Origin: the human T2T-CHM13v2.0 reference genome, Homo sapiens
Strand: one strand, 5' to 3'
DNA: 64,000 nt
Assembly (NCBI RefSeq): GCF_009914755.1
Contig: NC_060941.1
The position numbers and the translations under genes are program-made. Of this stretch, positions 61,046-64,000 are shown in pieces. Position 1 is the first letter of the stretch. Each line of letters opens with the position of its first letter. The notes below the pieces were generated by a model that had not been told where the DNA came from, did not search any database, and saw nothing but the letters and a program-made list of their open reading frames with translations.

Positions 61046-64000
<2,955 letters not shown>

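Overview
Human (primate) genomic DNA that I recognise as the 17q23 USP32 / CHCT1 (C17orf64) / APPBP2 interval. From left to right: (1) USP32 intron 1 and canonical first coding exon (minus strand, MGAKESRIGFLSYEEALRR) in a CpG-island promoter; (2) about 29 kb of very Alu-dense DNA with L1, L2, LTR and DNA-transposon relics; (3) a second CpG island and a head-to-head promoter; (4) the complete six-exon CHCT1 CDS (plus strand, 711 nt, 236 aa, all introns GT-AG and phase-compatible); (5) a truncated THE1 element carrying two processed pseudogenes (RPL12 and HMGN2) whose target-site duplications lie 17 bp apart; (6) the last exon and roughly 4.4 kb 3'UTR of APPBP2 (minus strand). Most entries in the ORF track are Alu or GC-rich artefacts. 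I cannot demonstrate a wholly new biological system. The best leads are a phase-matched distal alternative first exon of USP32 sharing a promoter with CHCT1 (it would remove the MGxxxS myristoylation-like N-terminus), a shared MYB/RFX-like 12-mer in both promoters, a UG-repeat cryptic poison-exon architecture in USP32 intron 1, USP32 uORFs plus a CLEAR-like box, the twin pseudogene insertion, and a U12-like branch site on a U2-donor intron of CHCT1. Repeat subfamily names and boundaries come from recalled consensus sequences and are approximate.
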